A DNA stretch of 63,055 nucleotides, counting the filler, from Nemertoderma westbladi (Eukaryota > Animalia > Xenacoelomorpha), in assembly GCA_032718475.1 (NCBI GenBank). It is 3 parts of 3 records of this genome, joined end to end, with 100 filler letters (N's around TTAATTAATTAA, not from the genome) between each part and the next. Parts side by side here need not be neighbours in the genome. Positions count along the whole stretch, not along the records: positions 1 to 30,440 come from JAUCBJ010000531.1; 2 more parts are not named here. The stretch is one strand, 5' to 3'. This document shows, one piece after another, positions 1 to 11,571 of the stretch. How positions within the stretch are numbered: position 1 is the stretch's first letter; each line of letters begins with the position of its first letter. Position numbers and translations under genes: made by a program. A model generated the notes under the pieces. The model was given only the letters and a program-made list of their open reading frames with translations, searched no databases and was not told the DNA's origin.

Positions 1-162
1 TTGGCTTTGTTCTCTCTCTAGGACGATGCTGATTTAGAATTGGCTTTGTTCTCTCTCTCTAGGACGATGCTGATTTGGAATTGGCTTTGTTCTCTCTCTG
101 GGACGGTGCTTATTTAGAATTGGCTTTGTTCTCTCTCTCTCTAGGCCGGTGCTGATTTAGAA
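1..162 (+). repeat. ~40-bp tandem repeat (TTGGCTTTGTT(CT)nAGGACGATGCTGATTTAGAA), about 4 copies; the last copy is the BIRC6 splice acceptor and exon start
   Basis: Units start near 1, 41, 81 and 120; the array runs off the window start. Confidence 0.9.
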
Positions 163-322
163 TCTGTTCTCAAACTCGAACTACAACGGGAGAACTCAGT
201 GTTTGCAGCTGATTCCCAACACCCCGTCGACTCGAGACTCGCAAACAAACTTACCAAGTGGTTCACCGTCTTACTGGTTGTCCCGTTGGAATCACTACGC
301 GACGTTTGTCTAGATATCGCCG
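145..322 (+). CDS. BIRC6: BIRC6/Bruce internal exon (pre-BIR region)
   Basis: Polypyrimidine-AG at 143-144 and GTAAG donor at 323. NKLTKWFTVLLVVPLESLRDVC resembles BIRC6 HKVAKWATVTFHLPHHVLKSI (recalled). Phase 1 fits the next exon. Confidence 0.75.
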
Positions 323-576
323 GTAAGATTAACAATTTTGTATTAAAACTAATTACAACACACTTAAGTTGGTTATTGCTGAGTAATGTGCAATGTTGTA
401 AATGTAATGTAACAAACCAACACGGATTTATTTAGTAAAACTGTTACACACCTTATTAAGTGTGACGTACTTTATTTATTCTTACAATGGAAAATATGTC
501 ATCGTTTATTAATAATTATAAACCATTTTTTTAATATTTGCAGTGTCCTACAGGCCCTATTTATATTTTATTATAG

Positions 577-700
577 GCAATATTTCCAATATTTCGAACA
601 GCAATAGGAAATCAATGTCTACGTTTCTACCGACCATAGGGGCCCTTCTCAATCGCTTGTTGGAGTTGGACCAGAGTGCCAATGAGCCGGACGCACGGGG
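577..700 (+). CDS. BIRC6: BIRC6 internal exon
   Basis: TTATAG acceptor and GTTAGT donor at 701; FLPTIGALLNRL resembles ALPVASSVMDRL; phase 1 in, phase 2 out, compatible with both neighbours. Confidence 0.75.
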
Positions 701-1022
701 GTTAGTAGGTTGTGGTGCTTCAAATTCCGAGTCATGAGGAGTTCGGAAAGCGTCTCCTCTGGGGATCTGGCTGAACTCGTGGTTTTAGCCACTCTTACAT
801 CTGGATTCAGCTTGTAAAGATAGAATTTCCGGGTTTTATTTAATTTTTGTTTATTAATATAAATTTTCGGGTGCCTACTTAAATATATTTGATGTTGTCT
901 TGAGAAATTCTGTGAGTTAAAAACATGTCACAAACTGAACAAAACCAACCAGAGCTTCATCAAATTTAGATATTACTTTTTGTTAAATTGGTTGAATAGA
1001 TGATCATTGACTCCCTTTTTAG

Positions 1023-1217
1023 ATACCAGATGGGTAGTGAGTGGTGTAGGCGTGAGACGTTCACCTCGTGGCCCCACATGGGCTATAAGTGGGCCCTCCC
1101 TGACGCGATGGCCGCCGCTGGCTTCTACCATCACCCCACCCACCCGGGCGAGGACAGGGCTCTCTGTTTCTGTTGCCACGTCAGTTTAATTACTTGGGAA
1201 GCATCGGATGAACCTTG
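1023..1217 (+). CDS. BIRC6: BIRC6 exon, N-terminal part of the BIR domain
   Basis: RRETFTSWPHMGYKWALPDAMAAAGFYH...DRALCFCC..WE..DEPW is the BIRC6-type BIR; AG at 1021-1022, GTTAGT at 1218. Confidence 0.95.
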
Positions 1218-1267
1218 GTTAGTATTCATTTGGTTAGATAAAATATAGAAAATGTTTGATAGAAAAA

Positions 1268-1390
1268 GGTGGGGCTAGCTCAGTTGGTCGATACAATGAG
1301 TACCTAGTTGAGTTACTGGGAGCAAATCTTTGGATTGGAGAGCAGATATCGAACGAGGAGACTTTGGGTCGCCTCTTGCTTGATTATAAC
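1268..1390 (+). mobile_element. Possible degenerate tRNA-derived SINE remnant
   Basis: GGGGCTAGCTCAGTTGGT A-box-like head followed by an AATGAGTACC motif; no B box seen. Confidence 0.3.
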
Positions 1391-2445
1391 TAGGGATGTG
1401 CCGGATTGACTATTTTCAAACCGGCCAGGCCGGAGCCGGAGCGGATCCGGCCGGAATTCCGATCAAAGCCGGATTTTTAATATATTACCACCTTTTTCCT
1501 TGAATCAGCTATATGGTACCTTTGTGCATGAACAGAACTGGATGGAGGGAGGGTACCACGTCGTTTGGTCCTTTGGGCGTTAGGTCGTTAGGGCGTTGGG
1601 CTGCGTCGATAGATAACGTGCTGGATCATTATCTATCAGCAAGGTCATGATAAGGAATTTGACTTTATTAACATTACTACTTTACAGAATGAATTCAGAA
1701 GTAGATAAGTATGTCAATTATCCCAAATAAACGGGACGAGAAGAGCGTTTCCTAATTTACAAATACTTGTACATGTATATTTAGTATCACCAGCGTCTTC
1801 AATTTATTCCGCGTATTTATTCCGCGCGAATATTTGTAGAGGCTGGTGATGTATTTGATGAGAAACGCTCTCGTCTACTTCCGGATCGTGGAGAGAAACT
1901 AATATTTTTGTACCATAACCTCTATTTGATACGACGATTTGAGTAAGATTATAACGACGATTTGATATTTGATATAATGGATTGATTCGATAAATAAATT
2001 GCAAATTGATTAATAGAACGAAGTAATACAGTAGCTGTAGTTTTTTTATACTCTCTGCCTCTGGGATAAAATGGATTTACTAGAATTTCTAAATTGCCTC
2101 TCGAATATATAAACTGGTCATTCGGCTTAATATCAATTTATATCAAACCTACCTAGACCAAAATTAACGCTTGCGCTCTGGGACAATATAATAATTATTG
2201 ACTAGTTATAATTAGTATATGGGTATACATGTACTATTTATTATATATATATTTAGTGTTATTGAGGCTGAGCTCAACCAAATACAAATATTCTTGGCAA
2301 AAAAAGTAGTCAGTCAGCTCAGCATGTAGATTGTCATAAAATTATAGCTCTGCTTTATAGACTTTATCATATTCATAATATTATGAATGAATATGATACA
2401 AATTATAAAAATAATTGTTTTGTATTGCATTGTATTTGCTTATGT

Positions 2446-5228
2446 TTAAATTTGTTTGAATATACCTACTACTACTACTAAGTCGAGCGAACTCGGACAG
2501 TGGAAATGAGATAGTAGTCTTGTGTAGCAACCATCAATTCGTTGTTCAAGTGATTTAGTCAGTGTCCAGGTCTCACCCCCGTATAAAAATACACTTTCCA
2601 CTGTGGCTCGAACGAACTTAGTCTTCAGGTGCCTGGGGAGATCTGATTTCCAGATGGTATCCATTTTTGATATAGCTACCCTAGCCTTTGCTTTCCTAAC
2701 TTCTATGTCCTTTTTGCTACTCTCTATCCATGATCCAAGGTACTGGAAGTCATCGACCTTCCTTAGTTGATTATTATCAATGGTTGTCAAGTTTCCATCA
2801 ACATTAAAGGTCATGAATTCGGTCTTGGTAGCATTTGCAATCCAACCTCCTTAGCAGCCCTCTCCACTTTATTTAGTAGAAGCTGTGCATCTGCTAGCGT
2901 ATTAGAGAGCAGGGCGATGTCATCCGCAAAGTCGGTGTCTGTGACTGTAGTTGCCGGATATCTACTACTTCTGCGTTCTCGAAGTGTGAATCCCAGGTCT
3001 TCACCCTTTGTGGCCGTCCTCATTGCGTAATCCAGCACAATTACAAATATTAATGGTGCTAATGTGTCACCTTGCAGTACGCCAGCCAGGATTGAGAAAA
3101 ACTCAGTTTCACCATCTGGTGAGAGTACCTGCGCTTCTGTGTCACAATATAACAATCCAATGCCAGCAACAATTACTTCTGGTATTCCATAAGCTCTTAT
3201 GATTTCAAGCATTTTACCTCTATGGATGGAGTCGAATGCCTTCTTGAAGTCCACAAAAGTCATGACTGCGGGGAGATTCTTTGACTTAATTCCTTCAATC
3301 AGTCTCCGTAGTGCAAGTATCTGAGCTATTGTTGATCTACTTGGTCGAAATCCGTTTTGGCTCTTACGCAGTAGTTTCTCTATGTGAGGCCTAATCCTAT
3401 ATAGAATCATTTTATTGTATATTTTGGCAGCTACCACAAGCAGACAGATCCCACGATAGTTTGTTGGTATGCCGAGGTCTCCTTTCTTGGGGAGAGGCTT
3501 TAGTTGACCTTTAGTCCAAATTGGTGGTGGCTTTTCCCCTTTTAACATCCGGTTGCAAACATTCAATAATGGTCTATTTAGCACTCCGGTTTTCCATACC
3601 TCCGCTGGGATTTCATCCAATCCGGTCGCTTTATTATTGGACATGCTTTTAATGCTTCTTTGGAGTTCGGCAGGTGTGAAGTCCCCTGTTTCTATAGGTA
3701 GTGTCTTGTCATATATTTTCCTTGTAGGGCTGACCTCAATGTTTGGCGGCTGCCCAAGCAAGTTGCTGAAGTGATTTTTCCACTTCCCAACACGTTCTTC
3801 AGGACTATCGGCTTTGAGGCGCCCCTTTGCACAACCTTTCCGACCAGATACCTCATTTACAGTTTGCCAGGTAAGTCTTGATTGTTGCTGTATGTGAGTA
3901 GTTGTAATTGCTTCAGTTTTATCCTGTATGTACTTTTCCTGGCTGATGTTGTAGGCTAATTTAAGATCGTCCTTAGCTTTCTCAACCTTGTTAATGTTTT
4001 CGGTTGTTGGTTGTTCGGTTTTAACTTTGTAGGCTATCTTAAGATCTTCTCTCTTACAAGTAACCTCAGAGTTTTGCCATGGCGCATACTGTTTTCGTTT
4101 AGGTTTCTGGGGGATATGCCTCTTAGCTGATTCCTTGTGGGCTGTTATTATATTCTGGTATATTGAATCGGTGGATTGGTTTTCATCCATTGACCGAAGT
4201 GCTTCAAAGTGGTTTTGAACTTCTACTGTATAAGCATCCTTTACAGCATTGTCAGTTCTGAGTTTCTCCCAGTCATAGTTGATTTGCTTGCTTGTCCTGG
4301 GTTTGCTGGCTCTCAAACTGAGTCTGATCTCTGCAGTCACAATTCTGTGGTCCGAACCAATTAGGTTGAACGAGCTGTATGCCTCGCAGTTGATCATGCT
4401 GTTTCTCCACTTTTTGTTTATAAGGATGTAATCCAGTTGTGCTTTGGTTCCATTAGAGTATTGAAAGGTCCATAGCTTCCCCTTACTCTTTTCAAATGTG
4501 TTGTTTGTTGGTATCAATTCACATTCTTCCATTAGGTCTAAAAGTAAGTACCCATTTCTGTTAGAACTGGTGTTATAGGTGTAACCCTTGATGTCTTCTG
4601 GGCCAATTTGCGCATTCAGGTCACCAGCAATGACTTTAACATTGTGTTTCGGGATGTCCTTAATAAGTCCAGTCAGTTCTTCATAAAACTTGACTGCTTG
4701 TTCTGGCTCTGGTGCATTGGTTGGACTGTAGCAACATATAACTGTTGTCTTGGGATTCCCATCAAATGTTGCGATCATAACCCTGGAATTTATAGATTCG
4801 ATGTTGTGTAGGGTCTTAAGTGCAAATGGGCTTAGCAGAATTCCTACTCCACCAATTGATGCATTGGCCGAGTTTCTTACTGCTGAGCTTGTTACTAACG
4901 TCCATCCATTTCCAATGTCATTGTACTTCATGGCAGTGTCTTCATGACAAATCCGATGTTCTTGGATGCAGATGATGTCGATGTTATATTCCATAGCCAG
5001 AGCGACCATGTCACCCTGTTTGCTCTGTGCTTTCAGCGTGCGTGCGTTCATTGTAGCAATCTTTAGTGTCTTTATCCATTTCAACAGGTTGGTTCTTCTT
5101 TCTTCTCTGTCTTCTGTTCCAGTAGCCAATTTATCGACCCCAGCATGGTGTACCACTGAGGGACGCGGTCCTTGTTGACCCGGGCGACGACCGAGCCGGT
5201 ATTTCTCCTGGATGGTTCTCATACTCAT
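2446..5228 (-). pseudogene. APE endonuclease-reverse transcriptase ORF (frameshift near 2815-2830, C-terminus deleted)
   Basis: Motifs ATMNARTL, IQEHR, GDLNA, LDYILI, SDH, DFKKAFDSI, GVLQGDTLAP, DFADD; continues in ORF 2446-2814 (FQYLGS). Confidence 0.92.
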
Positions 5229-5740
5229 ATCTTTCAGTTGCGGGAGTAAACCGCTTGTGGTCGCAACTCCTACAAGCGTCTACGCAGTAGGTCGCCGTTG
5301 GTTGATTACCTTCTGCCGACCTTGTCAGCATGTCTAGCCGTTGGTTGATTACCTTCCGCCTATCCATGGCCTACAGCCCTGCTGCCGACTGTAGGGGTCC
5401 ATTTGTTACACCCTGAACCAAGTGTGCCTCCTGGGTTAGGTTACCTAACACTGGTAGAGGAGCATCCAGTATAGACAGGGCGGGGCTTGTATCATCTCTA
5501 ATGCAGATGCGTATCAAGCCTTTGCCTTCAATGGAGCTCTAGGCGCTATAGCCCTCAATGACTTATTTAGTTGACGGGGCTGAACCAACCCACTCTTGAT
5601 CAACTAAATAATGAATAGGCTATGCTTATCGGGCCTGCCCTACTGGGCTGGCAGCTACAGGTAGTACCACATTACTGCCATAGTGGTAGCAGGATCTGGG
5701 GACCTGACCTGACCTTATCCACATTCACATTCCAAACATT
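2467..5740 (-). mobile_element. Near full-length RTE-type non-LTR retrotransposon in a BIRC6 intron
   Basis: Single APE+RT ORF, (TAG)n tail at 2467-2480, ~500-nt 5' UTR; the 5' boundary is approximate. Confidence 0.9.
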
Positions 5741-5852
5741 CAGTTATGTATTTCTTTATTTTAATCAAATAATTATAATATTAGCAATTTTACTATCCAT
5801 GAGGAAATAAAGCCAAGATTCAATAATATTTATTTATTTTGTTCACCTAAAG

Positions 5853-6057
5853 GTCGGAACACGAACGTCATCAACCGAATTGCCCGTTCGTCCGCGGCGA
5901 GCCAACAGTTAATGTGCCGTTGGATGTGGCCATGGCGACGGACCCAGCGTTACCCTGCGACCACAACATCCTCAGCACGTCTACCTACGACAGAGTGATA
6001 GCTACCGGCAGCGCTGATGGACATGTTACTGTGTGGGACACGAGAGTTTTATTCCAG
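5853..6057 (+). CDS. BIRC6: BIRC6 exon, C-terminal BIR plus start of the WD40-like region
   Basis: Reads (W)SEHERHQPNCPFVRGEPTVNVPL...GHVTVWD and completes the BIR C/C/H/C zinc ligands; AG at 5851-5852, GT at 6058. Not in the ORF track. Confidence 0.95.
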
Positions 6058-6759
6058 GTAGCTATTGTGCACTCACAGACCGAGCCTGAATAACGCAGAT
6101 AATAATTGTATTTGTCTTATAAAATTGGCAAACGCCACTTAAGGGGGGTGGGGGTTATTTCAAATATGAAAACCGTTTAGCAATATCGTTCTTACTTCTC
6201 GAGATATGGTTGTATGTCCTTTTGACTGTTGGTCTGTCGGTCTGTCCGTCAGTATGTCTCCATAACAATTTAAAGCATACCATCTGGCTACAAAATTTCT
6301 TATGAGGGTTTTCTTAGTGCGTTGTATGTGCGGGATACTGGGATAACTACCGGATGAAATGTAGCTCCTACTGCAGCTCCTAAATCTATAATACCGATAA
6401 CCGATACAACGAAACGGAGGTCGTCTCTTCTATATAGTTATAATAGGATGGCGGAAACATTCTCAATTCGATTCAATCCGAGATGGCCCGGTCCTTTATA
6501 TTAGGACATATCTGTGAATAATTTATAATAGATTTGCATCCCCACCTCTATTTGTATCTAATATGAACAGTTTGGTTACTGGGAGATATAATATGTGGGT
6601 TGCGCCTCCGTCTGGTTGCACTTAGCTGTAGCATAGCTAGTGTAGCTCACTACCGGGCGCTGAAGAATTAGCTATATACATTACTTAGAAACGGGAGGGG
6701 GGGGGGGGGGGGGTGCAGGGGTACTCAATAGTATCTATTGTAGAAGAGTAAGATAGTTT

Positions 6760-8582
6760 TAAAGGGTTTTTGATGAAACAATACGTATATTTTTCCCAGT
6801 ATGGGATCAGCTAGGACCTGTCGAGAAATGATTGTTTAATCAGTAATAGGGCCTATGGTGTAATTGTAATAGGTGTATAGAACTGGGAAGTGCTGGTGTA
6901 TAGAACTGGGAAGTGCTGGTGTATAGAACTGGGAAGTGCTGGTGTATATAACTGGGAAGTGCTGGTGTATAGAACTGGGAAGTGCTGGTGTATAGAACTG
7001 GGAAGTGCTGGTGTATAGAACTGGGAAGTGCTGGTGTATAGAACTGGGAAGTGCTGGTGTATAGAACTGGGAAGTGCTGGTGTATAGAACTGGGAAGTGC
7101 TGGTGTATAGAACTGGGAAGTGCTGGTGTATAGAACTGGGAAGTGCTGGTGTATAGAACTGGTAAGTGCTGGTGTTTAGAACTGGGAAGTGCTGGTGTAT
7201 AGAACTGGGAAGTGCTGGTGTATAGAACTGGGAAGTGCTGGTGTATAGAACTGGGAAGTGCTGGTGTATAGAACTGGGAAGTGCTGGTGTATAGAACTGG
7301 GAAGTGCTGGTGTATAGAACTGGGAAGTGCTGGTGTATAGAACTGGGAAGTGCTGGTGTATAGAACTGGGAAGTGCTGGTGTATAGAACTGGGAAGTGCT
7401 GGTGTATAGAACTGGGAAGTGCTGGTGTATAGAACTGGGAAGTGCTGGTGTATAGAACTGGGAAGTGCTGGTGTATAGAACTGGGAAGTGCTGGTGTATA
7501 GAACTGGGAAGTGCTGGTGTATAGAACTGGGAAGTGCTGGTGTATAGAACTGGGAAGTGCTGGTGTATAGAACTGGGAAGTGCTGGTGTATAGAACTGGG
7601 AAGTGCTGGTGTATAGAACTGGGAAGTGCTGGTGTATAGAACTGGGAAGTGCTGGTGTATAGAACTGGGAAGTGCTGGTGTATAGAACTGGGAAGTGCTG
7701 GTGTATAGAACTGGGAAGTGCTGGTGTATAGAACTGGGAAGTGCTGGTGTATAGAACTGGGAAGTGCTGGTGTATAGAACTGGGAAGTGCTGGTGTATAG
7801 AACTGGGAAGTGCTGGTGTATAGAACTGGGAAGTGCTGGTGTATAGAACTGGGAAGTGCTGGTGTATAGAACTGGGAAGTGCTGGTGTATAGAACTGGGA
7901 AGTGCTGGTGTATAGAACTGGGAAGTGCTGGTGTATAGAACTGGGAAGTGCTGGTGTATAGAACTGGGAAGTGCTGGTGTATAGAACTGGGAAGTGCTGG
8001 TGTATAGAACTGGGAAGTGCTGGTGTATAGAACTGGGAAGTGCTGGTGTATAGAACTGGGAAGTGCTGGTGTATAGAACTGGGAAGTGCTGGTGTATAGA
8101 ACTGGGAAGTGCTGGTGTATAGAACTGGGAAGTGCTGGTGTATAGAACTGGGAAGTGCTGGTGTATAGAACTGGGAAGTGCTGGTGAATAGAACTGGAAA
8201 GTGCTGGTGTATAGAACTGGGAAGTGCTGGTGTGTAGAACTGAAAGTGCTGGTGTATAGAACTGGGAAGTGCTGGTGTATAGAACTATGGGAAGTGCTGG
8301 TGTGTAGAACTGGTTGAACGGAATATTTCCTGGAGACCTTTTGTTTTGGTACATTTCTGTATAATCATACATGAATTTCGAAACTTCCAGTTCGAACAAT
8401 AATTGATCTAAAGGAAGGATTTTGAGGGATTTCTAAATAGGTGCAGCATGAGCTTAATGTGACTGAACGTTATTTATGGGTCTAATTATTTTATTTATTT
8501 TTATTTTTATTTTCTTGGACGTTGGAGTTGTAGCTGTTGCCCCATAAAATGATTCCATAGTGTATGTGAGGGTGTATTAAAG
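6760..8582 (-). mobile_element. Degenerate L2/Crack-like LINE ORF2 3' fragment, interrupted by a 23-bp satellite
   Basis: Minus strand reads LIHPHIHYGIILWG and HAAPI*KSLKILPL...LEVSKFMY, typical CR1/L2-group C-terminal motifs; the left boundary is uncertain. Confidence 0.55.
6872..8312. repeat. Highly homogeneous 23-bp minisatellite (GTGTATAGAACTGGGAAGTGCTG), about 62 copies
   Basis: Direct inspection; the 23-aa peptide period of ORF 7176-8399 equals 3x23 nt. Confidence 0.98.
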
Positions 8583-8947
8583 CCTAATAAAAAAAAAACA
8601 CCAAATAAAATAATATCACCCCAAATTCACACACCAAAATAAATTACTCAACACCAAAATAAAGAAATGCTCCCCAAAACCAATTTACACCAATATAAAT
8701 GACAAAAACCCCAAAATAACTACAAATTTTCCCAAATAAATACATAATCCCTCAAAATAAATAGATAATCCCCCAAACTAAATGCTTACTCCCCCAAAAT
8801 TAATACATTAAAATTATTCCCCCAGAATAATCACATATTCCACCAAAATAAACAGACAATCGTTTGATAGCCCCAATTCCGATCCCGCCCTATCATAACT
8901 ACAGTAGAGAACTGTATTAATTGTACGATCGTTTTGTAATATTTTAG

Positions 8948-9143
8948 AGTCACGCCGAGTTTGTTATTGAACCTGGTGTTCGATTGGATGCTTTATCTGT
9001 GGTCGCCGAGGAACCGCCAATGGCGTTGGTCGAGGATGCATCACGTGACACAACAACACCGGCTGTTGTCTGTGGCACAGTCACTGCAGAGGGGACCCCC
9101 CAGCTACTCGTTTATCAAGTTCCGTGTCTCAAACAATTTGCAG
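8948..9143 (+). CDS. BIRC6: BIRC6 internal exon (divergent)
   Basis: TTTTAG acceptor and CAG|GTAG donor; open frame SHAEFVIEPG...PQLLVYQV; phases 0 and 1 fit the flanking exons. Confidence 0.75.
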
Positions 9144-9751
9144 GTAGATATAATTACACCATGATCCGTAATATAGTGTCATTTTCTGATGACGCGAACT
9201 GCGAACTCCCCCCCCCCCCCCCCCCCCATATTTTTCTACAAATCTTTATCATATTGCTTGAAATTAGAAACACAATTATATAGTTCAACTCACCGTGGTT
9301 GTTACCATGAAGTCGGAATTTTCGATTTCGTCTGTAAATTTTATTTTTATATGATAATCGTTTTAAAAAATAGTATTTTTCGAAATTACACCCTCCGAAT
9401 CGCGGCCATTCTTCACATTAGTCATGATGTATTGATTTATTTATATCATTAGAAAGCTTTCGTTGCAAGGATTCCAAATATTATGTAACTTGTTTGAATT
9501 TTGTTGAGAAACAGCTGATATTATATTCATTCAAACAGTGCAAGAATTATTGTCCGCTATAGGATAAATTATTCCATTTAATAAATACTGACACTATCTA
9601 TAATATTAAGGGGCAGTTGTATGGCTTGAAGAATTACGGTATAGGAATATTAATTATCGTGCCATAATTGCGAATAAAGCCATGGGGATAAACTGTAAAC
9701 AGTTATTATAAATTATTATTATTGGTATTTTGGGTGAGTGAGTGGTTTCAT

Positions 9752-9836
9752 ATTATTATAACTTTTTGTTGGGCACAGCTTTTGCAAAGTCGGCAATGAG
9801 AGGGGATCGAACTGCTGACCTCCGGGTTGGAAGTCT
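9752..9836 (-). mobile_element. Partial tRNA-derived SINE, same family as 57148-57345
   Basis: Shares GGAAGTCT/GGGATCGAACT/GCAAAGTCGGC/TATAACTTTTTGTT with the 57 kb copies. Confidence 0.6.
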
Positions 9837-10343
9837 ATGTCCAATAAGTTATAATAAATAGTTTTCATTCCTAAATTGTAACATCGCAAAATTTCAATTA
9901 TAGTCGCTAATCAATTTAATTTGAAATTCATTCAATAAAATTCGTAGACCTTTTATCCCATTTATTTGGTGCAGAACGCAGCTAAATAGAATCAAATTTC
10001 GTTAAAAAAAGGTAGGAGTTACGTTAGTGAAATTTGTTTTATTATATTTTGAAATGGAAGACACATTTTGGCGCCAATACATACACGACACACCCATTAA
10101 TACCATTGTTGCTATTATAAAGTATTACGACCAATGTTTCCGCCATTCTAGTATAATAACTATATAGAAGATAATTGTGGCCCTCCACTCCGTTGTATTG
10201 GAATAGATTTATGAGCTGCAACAGTTAGTGTTAATAATAATTATATCTGGTAGATATCTCAGTATCCCACCCGTTACCACGGGCCACGGACGCGACGCTA
10301 AAAGTTGGCATTTTAACTAAAATTTAGTTTAAATTTATTTTTA

Positions 10344-11287
10344 GGGGCCATCCATAAATGACGTCACGCTGGACAGGGGGGGGGGGTTGGTATTTCGTGA
10401 CGATTTGTGACGAAGGGGGGGAGGGGGGGGGGGGGGTGTCCGCAATATCGGGACGTCACATTATAAGTTTCCGATAAAATTACTGCATATTATATACATA
10501 ATGTATATACTTGTATACTGTTAACGTGTTTACTATTAAACTATTACCTCTTCCAATGATATCCATTAAAATCTTACCTTACGACCTCTACTGCCCTTCC
10601 ACAATTGGTAAAATTAGAGAGCGTGTTTGTAAAGAATGTCATCTATACTTTGCATCGAAAGTTTTACTAAAAATCGTACATCCCTTCATGGTAGCGGTAG
10701 TTCCAAAACCCGTTTTGATTATAATCCCCTGCGACTACTACTAGGATCCGCATGCTGCATTGCAGCTGCATTTTTAAGAATGCTGTGCCTGTGCCGCCTT
10801 GTCGACAAAATTGCGCCTCCACAACTCCCTATCACCCATGACATTTGCTAGATCATCCGCATCTTCAAGGCCAGTGTCCTTTAAGATGCGTCTCAAGAAA
10901 GTTATGGGCTGTCCACCATTCTTATTCACTCCATGAGGCTGCCAAAGCACAAGATAATGCACTGGCTGGTCCTCACGGCGAAAGCAATGTCCTGCAAAGC
11001 GGAGGCCGATCCCCTGCGAACCCAGTAGCTGATGTCTCACCAATGGCCATTATAAGCATGACCGACCACCTGTCGTGCCCATGGGAGCATGTCTGAAAAA
11101 CTCGTATTACTGTAATTTGTAATGTTGGTTTATAGTTGACAAATTTAATCCAGATTTATTGTTCTAATAATATAATAGTAATAATTTAATTTTATATAGT
11201 GTGACGTAGCATTGAGGAGGGGGGGGGGGGGGGGGAGAGGGGTCAAAAATGTCTTTAAAAATCGTGACGTCATTTATGGATGGCCCC
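10344..11287. mobile_element. Non-autonomous DNA transposon with 25-bp TIRs and TTA TSD (Zator- or PIF/Harbinger-like)
   Basis: TIR GGGGCCATCCATAAATGACGTCACG at both ends; TTA at 10341-10343 and 11288-11290; internal remnant PYDLYCPS...RVCKECHLYFAS. Confidence 0.88.
10735..11008 (-). mobile_element. 5'-truncated RTE-type LINE 3' end nested in the DNA element
   Basis: RLRFAGHC..LWQP..KDTGL motifs, (TAG)n tail, 11-bp TSD ATCCCCTGCGA at 10724-10734 and 11009-11019. Confidence 0.92.
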
Positions 11288-11571
11288 TTAGACTATTAAT
11301 GCTCTATTAATATTTTTTATAACATTTAAATATTTAAAATAATGAAAAACACTGCGCACTTTTTTTTAACAACAAACGTTTCAAAACAGTGTTTTTCATT
11401 ATTCGTATAATGTACCTGTGTTATAATCCTTGGATAATTTTTTTCTTTAAAGTAACTCACTCACAGGTTGTATGTAAGTAGATATTCTTAAACTATCCGG
11501 AAGCAACCTTAAACACAATATTATTTTCATTATTATATTACCGTCAATTATTGGTTGAATTCTTTTTGCAG

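Noticed and set aside
1391-1480. hAT-like terminus TAGGGATG with CCGG subterminal repeats
   Set aside because: No partner TIR or TSD found, so no element could be delimited.
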